A stretch of DNA of 64,000 bases. It comes from a virus. Taxonomy: Duplodnaviria; Heunggongvirae; Uroviricota; Caudoviricetes. The notes beneath the pieces were generated by a model. It worked only from the letters and a program-made list of their open reading frames with translations. It was not told the DNA's origin and made no database searches. Each line of letters opens with the position of its first letter. The first letter of the stretch is position 1. Positions 48,340 through 57,003 of this stretch are shown here, one piece after another. The stretch lies in the IMG/VR virus record IMGVR_UViG_3300044630_003672. One strand, written 5' to 3'. The position numbers were made by a program, and so were the translations under genes.

Positions 48340-49716
48340 ATGACAAAATTAATTATCTTTGACTTAGATGGTGTACTAGTTGAAGCAAAAGAAATACACT
48401 ACAATACATTAAACCAGGCATTGAGAGAAATCGAAATTCTAACTGGTAATTCTTATGTAATTACCGAAGCTGAACATCTATCAATATACGATGGATTAAA
48501 GACAACTCAAAAGCTTGAAATGCTTACTAAAAATAAAGGGTTACATACCGATTTCTATGATGAAATTTGGTATAGAAAACAACACTTAACTATTGAGGCA
48601 ATATCCCAATTACAAACTAATCATGTATTGGTTTCGGTATTCAAAGAGTTGAGAGATAGAGGTTATCAATTAGCATGTGCTTCAAATTCAATTAGAAGGT
48701 CTGTATTGGTTATGTTATCAAAGATAGGACTTATTGAGTATATGGATTTAATCCTTTCTAATGAGGATGTAAAGAACTCTAAACCACATCCTGAAATGTA
48801 TTGGAAGGCTATGAGTATGATGGGTGTATTACCAGAAGAAACGTTAATTGTAGAAGATTCACCACCCGGTTTGTTAGCTGCGAGTAGAAGTAGAGCAAAT
48901 GTTTTGAGAGTAGATAATCCACATGATTTGACATTAGAAAAAATAGTAAACAAATTAAACGAAAAGAAAGTTATGAGTAAACCAAAATGGCAAGGTGGTA
49001 AGATGAACGTACTTATCCCAATGGCAGGTGCAGGAACTAGATTTCAACAAGCCGGATATACGTTCCCTAAACCACTAATTGATGTGGAAGGTAAACCAAT
49101 GATTCAGGTTGTAGTTGATAACCTAAACATAGATGCTACATTTATCTATGTAGTTCAGAAATCACATAGAGAGAAGTATAACTTGGATACCCTTTTAAAC
49201 TTAATTACGCCTAATTGTAAGATTGTGGAAGTTGATGGATTGACAGAAGGTGCAGCATGTACTACTCTATTGGCAAAAGAATTGATTGATTCCGATGCAC
49301 CTTTATTGATGGCAAACTCTGACCAATTTATAGAGTGGGATTCAAATGAGTTTATGTATAAGATGATTGAACAAAAAGTTGATGGTGGTATCCTTTCATT
49401 TCATTCAACTCATCCTAAATGGTCATTTGCTAAAGTGGATGAGTATGGTTATGTAACCGAAGTACAAGAGAAGAATCCAATTTCAGATATAGCAACTGTT
49501 GGTGTTTACTATTGGGCTAAAGGTTCTGATTATGTAAAGTATGCAGAACAAATGATTAATAAAAATATAAGAGTAAATAATGAATTCTATGTTTGTCCTG
49601 TTTTCAATGAAGCAATTGGTGATGGTAAAAAAATAAAAACATTCAATATTGAAAAAATGTGGGGATTAGGTACACCTGAAGATTTAAAATATTACCTAGA
49701 AAATTACAATAAATAA
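48340..49716 (+). CDS. Fusion of HAD phosphatase and NDP-sugar nucleotidyltransferase 2
   Basis: FDLDGVL, ASNS, KPHP, VEDS (HAD); IPMAGAGTRF, EGAACTTL, NSDQ, NNEFYVCP (paralog of 43714). Confidence 0.9.
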   Translation: MTKLIIFDLDGVLVEAKEIHYNTLNQALREIEILTGNSYVITEAEHLSIYDGLKTTQKLEMLTKNKGLHTDFYDEIWYRKQHLTIEAISQLQTNHVLVSVFKELRDRGYQLACASNSIRRSVLVMLSKIGLIEYMDLILSNEDVKNSKPHPEMYWKAMSMMGVLPEETLIVEDSPPGLLAASRSRANVLRVDNPHDLTLEKIVNKLNEKKVMSKPKWQGGKMNVLIPMAGAGTRFQQAGYTFPKPLIDVEGKPMIQVVVDNLNIDATFIYVVQKSHREKYNLDTLLNLITPNCKIVEVDGLTEGAACTTLLAKELIDSDAPLLMANSDQFIEWDSNEFMYKMIEQKVDGGILSFHSTHPKWSFAKVDEYGYVTEVQEKNPISDIATVGVYYWAKGSDYVKYAEQMINKNIRVNNEFYVCPVFNEAIGDGKKIKTFNIEKMWGLGTPEDLKYYLENYNK

Positions 49717-49727
49717 ACTTATAAACT

Positions 49728-50420
49728 ATGATGTTAGATTTTAACCAATTGTTAGAAAAATACAATATTAAAATAAATGGTGTTCTACACGTTGGGGCAC
49801 ATGAAGGCGGTGAAACGTTAGCTTATGTAAAAGCTGGTATAAAAGATGTGATACTCGTTGAAGCAAATCCATTTAGATTCAGCAATTTAAGCGAATCATT
49901 AAATACCGGTAGATATGTTACTTGGTGTTCACCACTTACATATTCTTATTTTAACGATAGTGAAGCCCAAATTCTAAAAGGATACAAAGCATATAACTAC
50001 GCAGTTAGCGATAAAGAAGATGGTGTTATTACTTTTAATTTGAGTAACTACGATGGTGGTACTGATTCTATTTTTAAAATCAATGAGTGGGGTAGAGATT
50101 CATCTTGGGTACCGTATGAACATATTGCTGAAATTGAAGTACCAACCATTACATTAGATAAATTGGTTGAAAATAAAAATACTTACAATTTCTTAAATAT
50201 GGATGTTGAAGGTGCTGAGTTGATTGTTTTAAGTGGAGCTACCGAAGTATTAAAGCATTTAGATTGTATTATGTTAGAAACACAGGATAAAATAAGATTT
50301 GAAGGTTCTTGTACTAGAGAACAATTGATTGAATTTTTAAAACCACATGGATTTGAACTTAAAGAGTATCATGATACTGGTAAAGAGTGGGGTGATTGTC
50401 TTTTTTTAAAAAATAAATAA
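49728..50420 (+). CDS. FkbM-family O-methyltransferase
   Basis: VLHVGAHEG, VEANP, LNMDVEGAE. Confidence 0.88.
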   Translation: MMLDFNQLLEKYNIKINGVLHVGAHEGGETLAYVKAGIKDVILVEANPFRFSNLSESLNTGRYVTWCSPLTYSYFNDSEAQILKGYKAYNYAVSDKEDGVITFNLSNYDGGTDSIFKINEWGRDSSWVPYEHIAEIEVPTITLDKLVENKNTYNFLNMDVEGAELIVLSGATEVLKHLDCIMLETQDKIRFEGSCTREQLIEFLKPHGFELKEYHDTGKEWGDCLFLKNK

Positions 50421-51580
50421 TGAATAGAAAAATTACATTTTGCATACCATCTAAAAACAATCTTCGTTATCTTAAAAATAGTATTCAATCTATTAAAGCA
50501 AATAGTTTACATCAAAACGAAATTATAGTATATGTGGATGCGGATAACGATGGTACAAAAGAATGGTTAGATGAAAATCGTATAAAGTATTTGGTTAATG
50601 ATACCGATACACCGAAGGGAATTGCGTATGGATACAATAGATGTATTGAAGCAGCAACTACACCAATAGTATGTATGTTTCATGCCGATATGTACATGGG
50701 GCAGTGGTTTGATGATGCTATATTAAAACATCTAAAACCACTTTCGGTAGTTAGTGGTACTCGTATAGAACCACCACTACATCCAAAGGGATTAGAAAAG
50801 ATTGTAGAAGATTTTGGTATGTATCCAGAAGATTTCAAAAAAGCAGAATTTGATAAGTTTGTTTATGAGATGAGATATGTGTATGAAGGAAAAACAACTA
50901 AAGGAATATTTGCACCTTGGGCAATATATAAAGAAGATATTACCTCAATTGGTATGCATGATGAGAGATTTCATTCTTATCACGAAGATTCTGATATATT
51001 TAATCGTTTTATTTTAAATGGTTATGAGATAATTCAAACGTGGGAAGCATTGGTATATCATTTGACATGTAGAGGTGGACAATTTCAAGATGGAATTGAA
51101 CAGGTAACCAAAGATGAAGCATTTCATAAAATGAAAAATAGTGCATTTAAAAACTATATTAGAAAATGGGGACATTTTGTTAAAAACGATGAATACCAAC
51201 ATCCGATTATACCACATAAATACGATATATGTTTTAACATAAAAAACACAAAAATAGAAGCATTGGATTTTTTAGAACCTTGGTGTTCAAATATCAAAAC
51301 AGATTTATCGCAAGAAAAAATAAATGAGTTCATCTCAAAACAACAAGATGGATGTATTGTACCATTGATTGATAAAATAAATAACGCAACTGAAAGTGAT
51401 ATTGAAATTGAATTTGATATAAATCAAATTACACAAGAAGCAATAAATTTTATAGTTGATTTGAGTTTAATTTTAGATGATAATCAATTAGAAAAAGGAG
51501 AATATCAGTTTGGTATTTTCAAATTTAAAGTAAATAGAATTTATCATATGGAAACCGAACTAATAAAATATAATATCTAA
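50420..51580 (+). CDS. Glycosyltransferase family 2
   Basis: CIPSKNN, DNDGT, FHADM, EDSD. Confidence 0.85.
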   Translation: MNRKITFCIPSKNNLRYLKNSIQSIKANSLHQNEIIVYVDADNDGTKEWLDENRIKYLVNDTDTPKGIAYGYNRCIEAATTPIVCMFHADMYMGQWFDDAILKHLKPLSVVSGTRIEPPLHPKGLEKIVEDFGMYPEDFKKAEFDKFVYEMRYVYEGKTTKGIFAPWAIYKEDITSIGMHDERFHSYHEDSDIFNRFILNGYEIIQTWEALVYHLTCRGGQFQDGIEQVTKDEAFHKMKNSAFKNYIRKWGHFVKNDEYQHPIIPHKYDICFNIKNTKIEALDFLEPWCSNIKTDLSQEKINEFISKQQDGCIVPLIDKINNATESDIEIEFDINQITQEAINFIVDLSLILDDNQLEKGEYQFGIFKFKVNRIYHMETELIKYNI

Positions 51581-52458
51581 TGAAGACTACTTTATTTTGT
51601 ATGCATGTGATGCCACATGAAATTGAAATGCTTGAAAGGTTTATGGTACAATATCGTAAGGCTCTTTCTTATTTAGATGCAAATGACAACTTTACAATGA
51701 AAGTTAGTCTTAATTTAAATCCAGAATTAACTGATTGGGAAGCTAGTGAATTAAAACAAGATTATTTTATTGAAAAATTTAATACACTATTTGATGGTAT
51801 AAAAAATATAAATGAAATAATCACCGATAATTCATTGTGGGGAACTACTCAACAAAAAAGAGAAAGTATCAAATTATATTATGACCAATTTATATTCTGC
51901 GATGCGGATATACTTTTACATGAACATTTATTGAAACACCAATTAAATTTATCATATCAGTTAAATAATATGTATATAGTATCACCATCCATTCCTCGTT
52001 GGTGGGATGATAGTTGGGATGTAATTGTGCATAAAAATTTATTAAATACAGGATTAGGATATGCACATAGTGAAGATGCTGTAAAAAATGCATATACACA
52101 GGATGTAAGTGATATATCGGTTAGAATTGTTCCATCTGCAAAATTTGGATGTGGTATGCATACTTTATATTCAAGAAGTTTTTGGAATTTCACAGGAATT
52201 CCTGATTCATTTGGTGGTTATGGTCCAGAAGATACATACGCTATGAATTGTACTGATGTTGCACGTAAATATGGGCATGAGATAGTTCAGGTTCTTCTTG
52301 ATGGTATATACATAACCGAAGACTATATTAATAATAAACCTTCTTTTATAGACAAGATTGTAAGAATTGATAAGAAGAAAGAGTTTTATGATAAGGCGTT
52401 TGCTCTAGGTAGAGACGAGTTGTTAGTATTTGCAAAAAGGATATTGAATTTAGGGTAA
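51580..52458 (+). CDS. Putative GT-A glycosyltransferase
   Basis: FCDADIL (DxD); GYGPED. Confidence 0.6.
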   Translation: MKTTLFCMHVMPHEIEMLERFMVQYRKALSYLDANDNFTMKVSLNLNPELTDWEASELKQDYFIEKFNTLFDGIKNINEIITDNSLWGTTQQKRESIKLYYDQFIFCDADILLHEHLLKHQLNLSYQLNNMYIVSPSIPRWWDDSWDVIVHKNLLNTGLGYAHSEDAVKNAYTQDVSDISVRIVPSAKFGCGMHTLYSRSFWNFTGIPDSFGGYGPEDTYAMNCTDVARKYGHEIVQVLLDGIYITEDYINNKPSFIDKIVRIDKKKEFYDKAFALGRDELLVFAKRILNLG

Positions 52459-52471
52459 TTCTTTAAAAAGT

Positions 52472-52480
52472 ATATTTATA
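52472..52480 (+). promoter_or_regulatory. Candidate late-promoter motif ATATTTATA
   Basis: About 20 nt before ATG 52500. Confidence 0.5.
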
Positions 52481-52499
52481 TCTATAATTTTAGGTAAAA

Positions 52500-52829
52500 A
52501 TGGCAAACATTAAAGATACAATTAGAAAAATCGTAAGAGAAAATTTCATAAAGGAGATGGGTAAGAATGATATGCATCTTAAAGCTATTATGAAATATTA
52601 TGATAAAGGTACTCCTTCAACAAAAAAGCAAGTGGCAATTGTAGTATCCGCTAATAAAAATGCAAATAGAGGTATGATTCTAAATGACCTTATGGATATG
52701 GACTATCATGAAATACTTGATGTGGAAAAGAAATTGAAGTATGTAAAAGAATACTTTGATAAGAAGGGAAATGAAAGAGTTGCAGCAGCGTTACCTCAAA
52801 CCGAAGAAGAACCACAAAAAGAAATCTAA
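52500..52829 (+). CDS. Hypothetical protein (possible capsid-internal)
   Basis: N-terminal IRKIVRENFIKE. Confidence 0.6.
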   Translation: MANIKDTIRKIVRENFIKEMGKNDMHLKAIMKYYDKGTPSTKKQVAIVVSANKNANRGMILNDLMDMDYHEILDVEKKLKYVKEYFDKKGNERVAAALPQTEEEPQKEI

Positions 52830-52830
52830 T

Positions 52831-53145
52831 ATGGAAAATATATATTCAGTACTTATTACGGCCATTACGGTATTGGGTAGTGCAGCAGCATTTCGTTTCT
52901 ATGAGAAGAAATCAATCAGAAAAGAAAGAGATGAGGAATTTATCAGACACGATTGTAGAGATAGAATTTCTAAATTAGAAGCCCTTTTAGTAGCATCATC
53001 AAAGGAGAAAGATGAAATGCGTAAGATGATTATAGATATGACAGCAAAAGTTGCAGAATTGACTGTAAAAGTTGAGTATCTAACTAGAGAAAACGATAAA
53101 TTGGAAAAAGCACTTCCAAAGGCTAAAAGACAACTTAACGGATAA
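52831..53145 (+). CDS. Membrane-anchored coiled-coil protein
   Basis: Hydrophobic IYSVLITAITVLGSAAAF followed by a heptad-rich helix. Confidence 0.6.
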   Translation: MENIYSVLITAITVLGSAAAFRFYEKKSIRKERDEEFIRHDCRDRISKLEALLVASSKEKDEMRKMIIDMTAKVAELTVKVEYLTRENDKLEKALPKAKRQLNG

Positions 53146-53885
53146 TGCCAATATCAAGAACATTATTTATGGAAAATAAAAAATTAAGAGTATTTGATTT
53201 TGACGATACACTTGTCAAAACAACTTCTTTTATATATGTAACTCATAAAGACGGAAAAAAATCAACACTAACTCCCGGTGAATATGCGGTTTATACTGAA
53301 AAACCTGGTGATGTTTTTGATTATTCTGATTTTCAAAAAATAAATCAACCTAAATTAATCAAAGGATATGTTGAATTACTGAAAAGAATGTCAGCATCTA
53401 ATAGTGGTAGAACAATTTATATTTTAACTGCACGTTCTGCATATAAACCAATTCATAAATTTATCAAAGATTTGGGAATTCGTAATTTGTATGTAGTTGC
53501 ATTGGGTGATGCTAACCCAGAAAAGAAAGCAGATTGGATAGAAGCAAAAGTAAAAGATGAAGGATACGATGATGTATTCTTTGTAGATGATTCTCTTAAA
53601 AATGTAGAAGCGGTTAGAAAAAGACTTAAAGCATATCCAAATGTAAAACAAAAAATACAACATATTAAAACAAACGAGTCTATAAATCCAATTAAAGAAT
53701 ACGGATATTCATCTAAAATTTGGCATGATTTTTTTAAAAAATCACCTGAAGAAAAAAAAAATATCTTAAATAAAACTATACTTAATCCCTCAACAAACAA
53801 AAAAATAAAATTAGCTTCTGCACTTTCACATAGTAAAGATAGTTTATTGTATAAAGACGCATTACAACAACTAAAAAATTCATAA
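53145..53885 (+). CDS. HAD-superfamily phosphatase (Pnkp 3'-phosphatase/5'-nucleotidase-like)
   Basis: VFDFDDTL, ILTAR, FFVDD. Confidence 0.8.
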   Translation: MPISRTLFMENKKLRVFDFDDTLVKTTSFIYVTHKDGKKSTLTPGEYAVYTEKPGDVFDYSDFQKINQPKLIKGYVELLKRMSASNSGRTIYILTARSAYKPIHKFIKDLGIRNLYVVALGDANPEKKADWIEAKVKDEGYDDVFFVDDSLKNVEAVRKRLKAYPNVKQKIQHIKTNESINPIKEYGYSSKIWHDFFKKSPEEKKNILNKTILNPSTNKKIKLASALSHSKDSLLYKDALQQLKNS

Positions 53886-53886
53886 T

Positions 53887-54153
53887 ATGGGTGTATCAAT
53901 CGTTATAGTAGACTGTACAAAACAGGATATCAATAAGGCTCTAAAGGAATTCAAAAGAAAGGTAATCAAATCCGGTCACATTATGGAATTGAGAGACCGA
54001 AAAGAATACACAAAACCTACAACTGAAAAAAGGGAACAAAAGCAAAAAGCTATTAGAAGGAGCCAGAGAGATGTTATATTGGATAAAATAGCTGCTGGAA
54101 TTTTGCCATCATCTGCATTAAGCGGAAAGACAAAAAAATCAAATAATTTTTAA
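53887..54153 (+). CDS. rpsU: Ribosomal protein bS21
   Basis: INKALKEFKRK...LRDRKEYTKPTTEKR pattern of bS21, plus a C-terminal extension. Confidence 0.85.
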   Translation: MGVSIVIVDCTKQDINKALKEFKRKVIKSGHIMELRDRKEYTKPTTEKREQKQKAIRRSQRDVILDKIAAGILPSSALSGKTKKSNNF

Positions 54154-54181
54154 TCAATATACTTATTTCTAAAAGGAAGTT

Positions 54182-54652
54182 ATGATATATTGGTTTACAG
54201 GACAACCGGGTGCCGGAAAAACTATTCAGGCTACAAAACTTAGAGAATTTCTTCAAACTGAAAAACGTAATTGGAGAAAAGACGTATTTCACATTGACGG
54301 TGATGATTTGAGAGAATTGACACTTAACAAAGATTATTCAGAAACAGGTAGAGTGCAAAATATAAAGAACGCACAATTAATTGCTTTTTTCTTAAATGCA
54401 AAAGGATGTGATGTTGTTGTATCATTGGTATCGCCGTACAAGGAATTAAGAGAAGAATTTAAAACTGAATGTGGAGAGAATATTGTTGAAATATATGTAC
54501 ACACAACTCGTAAAAGAGGTAGAGAAGAATTCAAAGTACAGGAGTATGAAGCACCTGAAGTGAATTTTTTTGATATGAATACTACATCGGAAACTCCAAT
54601 ACAATCTTTCACCAAATTAATACATTTTTTGAAAGATACAAATAAGTTATAA
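54182..54652 (+). CDS. cysC: Adenylylsulfate kinase (CysC)-like kinase
   Basis: WFTGQPGAGKT, IDGDDLR, VSLVSPY, YEAP. Confidence 0.8.
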   Translation: MIYWFTGQPGAGKTIQATKLREFLQTEKRNWRKDVFHIDGDDLRELTLNKDYSETGRVQNIKNAQLIAFFLNAKGCDVVVSLVSPYKELREEFKTECGENIVEIYVHTTRKRGREEFKVQEYEAPEVNFFDMNTTSETPIQSFTKLIHFLKDTNKL

Positions 54653-54653
54653 T

Positions 54654-54953
54654 ATGAATAAAATAGTTGAAATATTTAAAGCGTGGGGTATTGCTTTTAA
54701 CCCAGATGATAAACAAGTTGATTTAGCTGCTAAAAGAATGGAAGTATGTGATGGGTGTGAGAATAAAAAAACTTCACCTGTAATTCACTGTGGATTATGT
54801 GGATGTGCTTTAAAAGGAAAAATATATTCACCCGTAAATGGTGCATGTCCAGCTGGAAAATGGAATCGTATAGATAATGAGTATTTTCAAGCTAGATACC
54901 AATACGAAAGAGCGAAAAAATTAGAACAAGAACAAAATAATTCAAATAAGTAG
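54654..54953 (+). CDS. Small Cys-rich (metal-binding) protein
   Basis: CDGC...CGLCGC...CPAGKW. Confidence 0.65.
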   Translation: MNKIVEIFKAWGIAFNPDDKQVDLAAKRMEVCDGCENKKTSPVIHCGLCGCALKGKIYSPVNGACPAGKWNRIDNEYFQARYQYERAKKLEQEQNNSNK

Positions 54954-54955
54954 TT

Positions 54956-55363
54956 ATGAAAAAATATGCATTATTCATCGGAAGATGGCAGACATGGCAT
55001 AAAGGACATGAGTGGTTAATTAATCAACAATTAACAAAGGGTAAAAATGTTTGGGTAGCAATTAGAGATGTTGAAACCGATGAGAAAAATCCAAAATCAG
55101 CCCATAGAGTTATGATGGATTTAATGGAAGAACCATTCTTTCAAGAAAACATAGATAGAATCCTAATCAGTATTATTCCTGATATTGAAAGTGTAAACTA
55201 TGGTAGAGGTGTAGGGTATGAAGTTATATATCACCAACCACCAACTGATATTGAAGCTATAAGTGGTACAGGTATTAGACAAGGCTATATAGATACAAAT
55301 GGCGATATAATTGTTTACAACGTAGATAAAAATGATAGTACAGCGAAAGAGACACATAGCTAA
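54956..55363 (+). CDS. HxGH-superfamily nucleotidyltransferase (cytidylyltransferase/NMNAT-like)
   Basis: FIGRWQTWHKGH; ISGTGIR. Confidence 0.82.
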   Translation: MKKYALFIGRWQTWHKGHEWLINQQLTKGKNVWVAIRDVETDEKNPKSAHRVMMDLMEEPFFQENIDRILISIIPDIESVNYGRGVGYEVIYHQPPTDIEAISGTGIRQGYIDTNGDIIVYNVDKNDSTAKETHS

Positions 55364-55541
55364 AACCATCTCATATCGTATTTTAAGTACTTTAATTGGG
55401 TTTATTATAATGTGGTGGGTAAGTGGTTCAATTAAAATTGGCGCCGCATTTGGGGTAGCAGAATTGATTTACAAACCTATTCAGTATTACATCCATGAAA
55501 GAATTTGGTATAAATGGATAAAATACGGTCTGAAAAAATAA
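55332..55541 (+). CDS. DUF2061-like small membrane protein
   Basis: RHIAKTISYRILST...YYIHERIW. Confidence 0.75.
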   Translation: MIVQRKRHIAKTISYRILSTLIGFIIMWWVSGSIKIGAAFGVAELIYKPIQYYIHERIWYKWIKYGLKK

Positions 55542-55589
55542 AATTGATATACTTATATAAAGAAATTAAATTAGTATATCAAAATTGTT

Positions 55590-56153
55590 ATGGAAGAACA
55601 AAAAGAATTTAAGGAGTTTACAAACTTTGACCCTACAAAGGATTTATCATTAGCTCCCCAAAGAAGAACAAAGAGAGGATTAGGTGCAAGACCATTGTTA
55701 GAGTCTGAAATTAGGGATATACAAAAGAAAGCACGTTCAGCAGCCGAAGCTGCAAAATTATTAGGGGTATCTTACAATACCTATAAAAAATACGCAAAAG
55801 AATATAAAGTATTTGAGGATTTGAAAAATCCACATGGCATAGGAATTCGTAAGGGTTCTCAAAGTGTGCATGGGTATCATTCGTTGGATGATATTATTGC
55901 TGGAAAATACCCAAAATACCCAGTATGGAAATTAAAAAGAAGATTATTGCTTAGTGGGTATATGGAAGAAAAATGCTGTAATTGTGGGTTTGAAGAAAGA
56001 CGGATTACTGACCATAGAGTTCCATTGGTACTTGATTTTATAGATGGTGATAAAAAGAACCATAAATACGATAATTTAAGGATGTTATGCTTCAATTGTT
56101 CGTTCCTAATTAACGGAAACCTATCAGGTCCTAAAAAAGAATATGAATATTAA
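55590..56153 (+). CDS. HTH plus degenerate HNH-like zinc-binding protein
   Basis: SAAEAAKLLGVSYNTYKKY; CCNCG...LDFIDGD...NLRMLCFNC. Confidence 0.7.
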   Translation: MEEQKEFKEFTNFDPTKDLSLAPQRRTKRGLGARPLLESEIRDIQKKARSAAEAAKLLGVSYNTYKKYAKEYKVFEDLKNPHGIGIRKGSQSVHGYHSLDDIIAGKYPKYPVWKLKRRLLLSGYMEEKCCNCGFEERRITDHRVPLVLDFIDGDKKNHKYDNLRMLCFNCSFLINGNLSGPKKEYEY

Positions 56154-56185
56154 TTTGGTAGATTCAATAAAATATCGTATATTTG
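56154..56185 (+). promoter_or_regulatory. Bacteroidota-type sigma70 promoter
   Basis: TTTG(56154)-N20-TATATTTG(56178); 36 bp identical to 23851-23886. Confidence 0.8.
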
Positions 56186-56210
56186 TAATTAAACATTAAA
56201 AACATAAATT

Positions 56211-56432
56211 ATGGCAAAGTATTTTGAAGTTACAGTGACCGTACAACACGAAGTAGACGGTGGCAAAGGTGGTACAAAAATTAAGAAAGTAAAGGAAAAC
56301 TATTTAGTAGATGCTATGACAGTTACTGAAGCAGAAGCTAGAGTGGTTAAAGAATTTGAAGATGCTGGTATCCAATTGGATTACGAAGTAACATCTGCAA
56401 AAGAATCTAAAATTTTACAAGTTATCAAGTAA
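56211..56432 (+). CDS. DUF4494-like protein
   Basis: KKVKENYLVDAMTVTEAEARV motif, typical of a Bacteroidota family. Confidence 0.7.
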   Translation: MAKYFEVTVTVQHEVDGGKGGTKIKKVKENYLVDAMTVTEAEARVVKEFEDAGIQLDYEVTSAKESKILQVIK

Positions 56433-56689
56433 TGGCATTTGAAACTAAAATAGAAGAAATTAAAGAAGTTGTATTAAAGAGAGTTCCACCGGGTGACAGA
56501 TGGCAACCAGTGGATTCTCCTTCTACAATTTTGGAATCTCTAACCGATGGGTTGGAGTATCATTTCCAACAAACTGGACAAACCGAATTCTTCCTATCAG
56601 CTCGTAAAGGGACGGTAGAAGTAATCTATAAAGAGGAAGTAAAGGTAGAAAAACCTATTACAAAATACTCTTTATATGGTGAAGATTAA
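56432..56689 (+). CDS. Hypothetical protein
   Basis: 85 aa, TAATG-coupled. Confidence 0.6.
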   Translation: MAFETKIEEIKEVVLKRVPPGDRWQPVDSPSTILESLTDGLEYHFQQTGQTEFFLSARKGTVEVIYKEEVKVEKPITKYSLYGED

Positions 56690-56742
56690 CGTTTGTTTAC
56701 AAAAAAACTATATATTTATACATAAACCTTAAAACAAAAATT

Positions 56743-57000
56743 ATGACTACATTTTTAATTATTGTGGCAGTTCTAGCAATCGGTGGAACATTTGCATACT
56801 TTGGTATGAAATCTGGTAAGATTGAAGATAAGAACAACAATAACATTCCTGACGTTATCGAAGAAAAAATCGAAGAAGTAAAGGAAGTTGCAGTTAAAGT
56901 AAAGAAAGTAGCTGATAAAGCTAAAAAAGTTGCTAAAACTGTTGTTGTTGAAAAGAAAAAGCCAGCAGCTAAGAAACCAGCAGCTAAGAAGATTAAGTAA
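56743..57000 (+). CDS. Membrane-anchored protein with Lys/Ala-rich tail
   Basis: N-terminal TM helix; KKPAAKKPAAKK; ATATTTATA at 56712. Confidence 0.65.
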   Translation: MTTFLIIVAVLAIGGTFAYFGMKSGKIEDKNNNNIPDVIEEKIEEVKEVAVKVKKVADKAKKVAKTVVVEKKKPAAKKPAAKKIK

Positions 57001-57003
57001 TCA

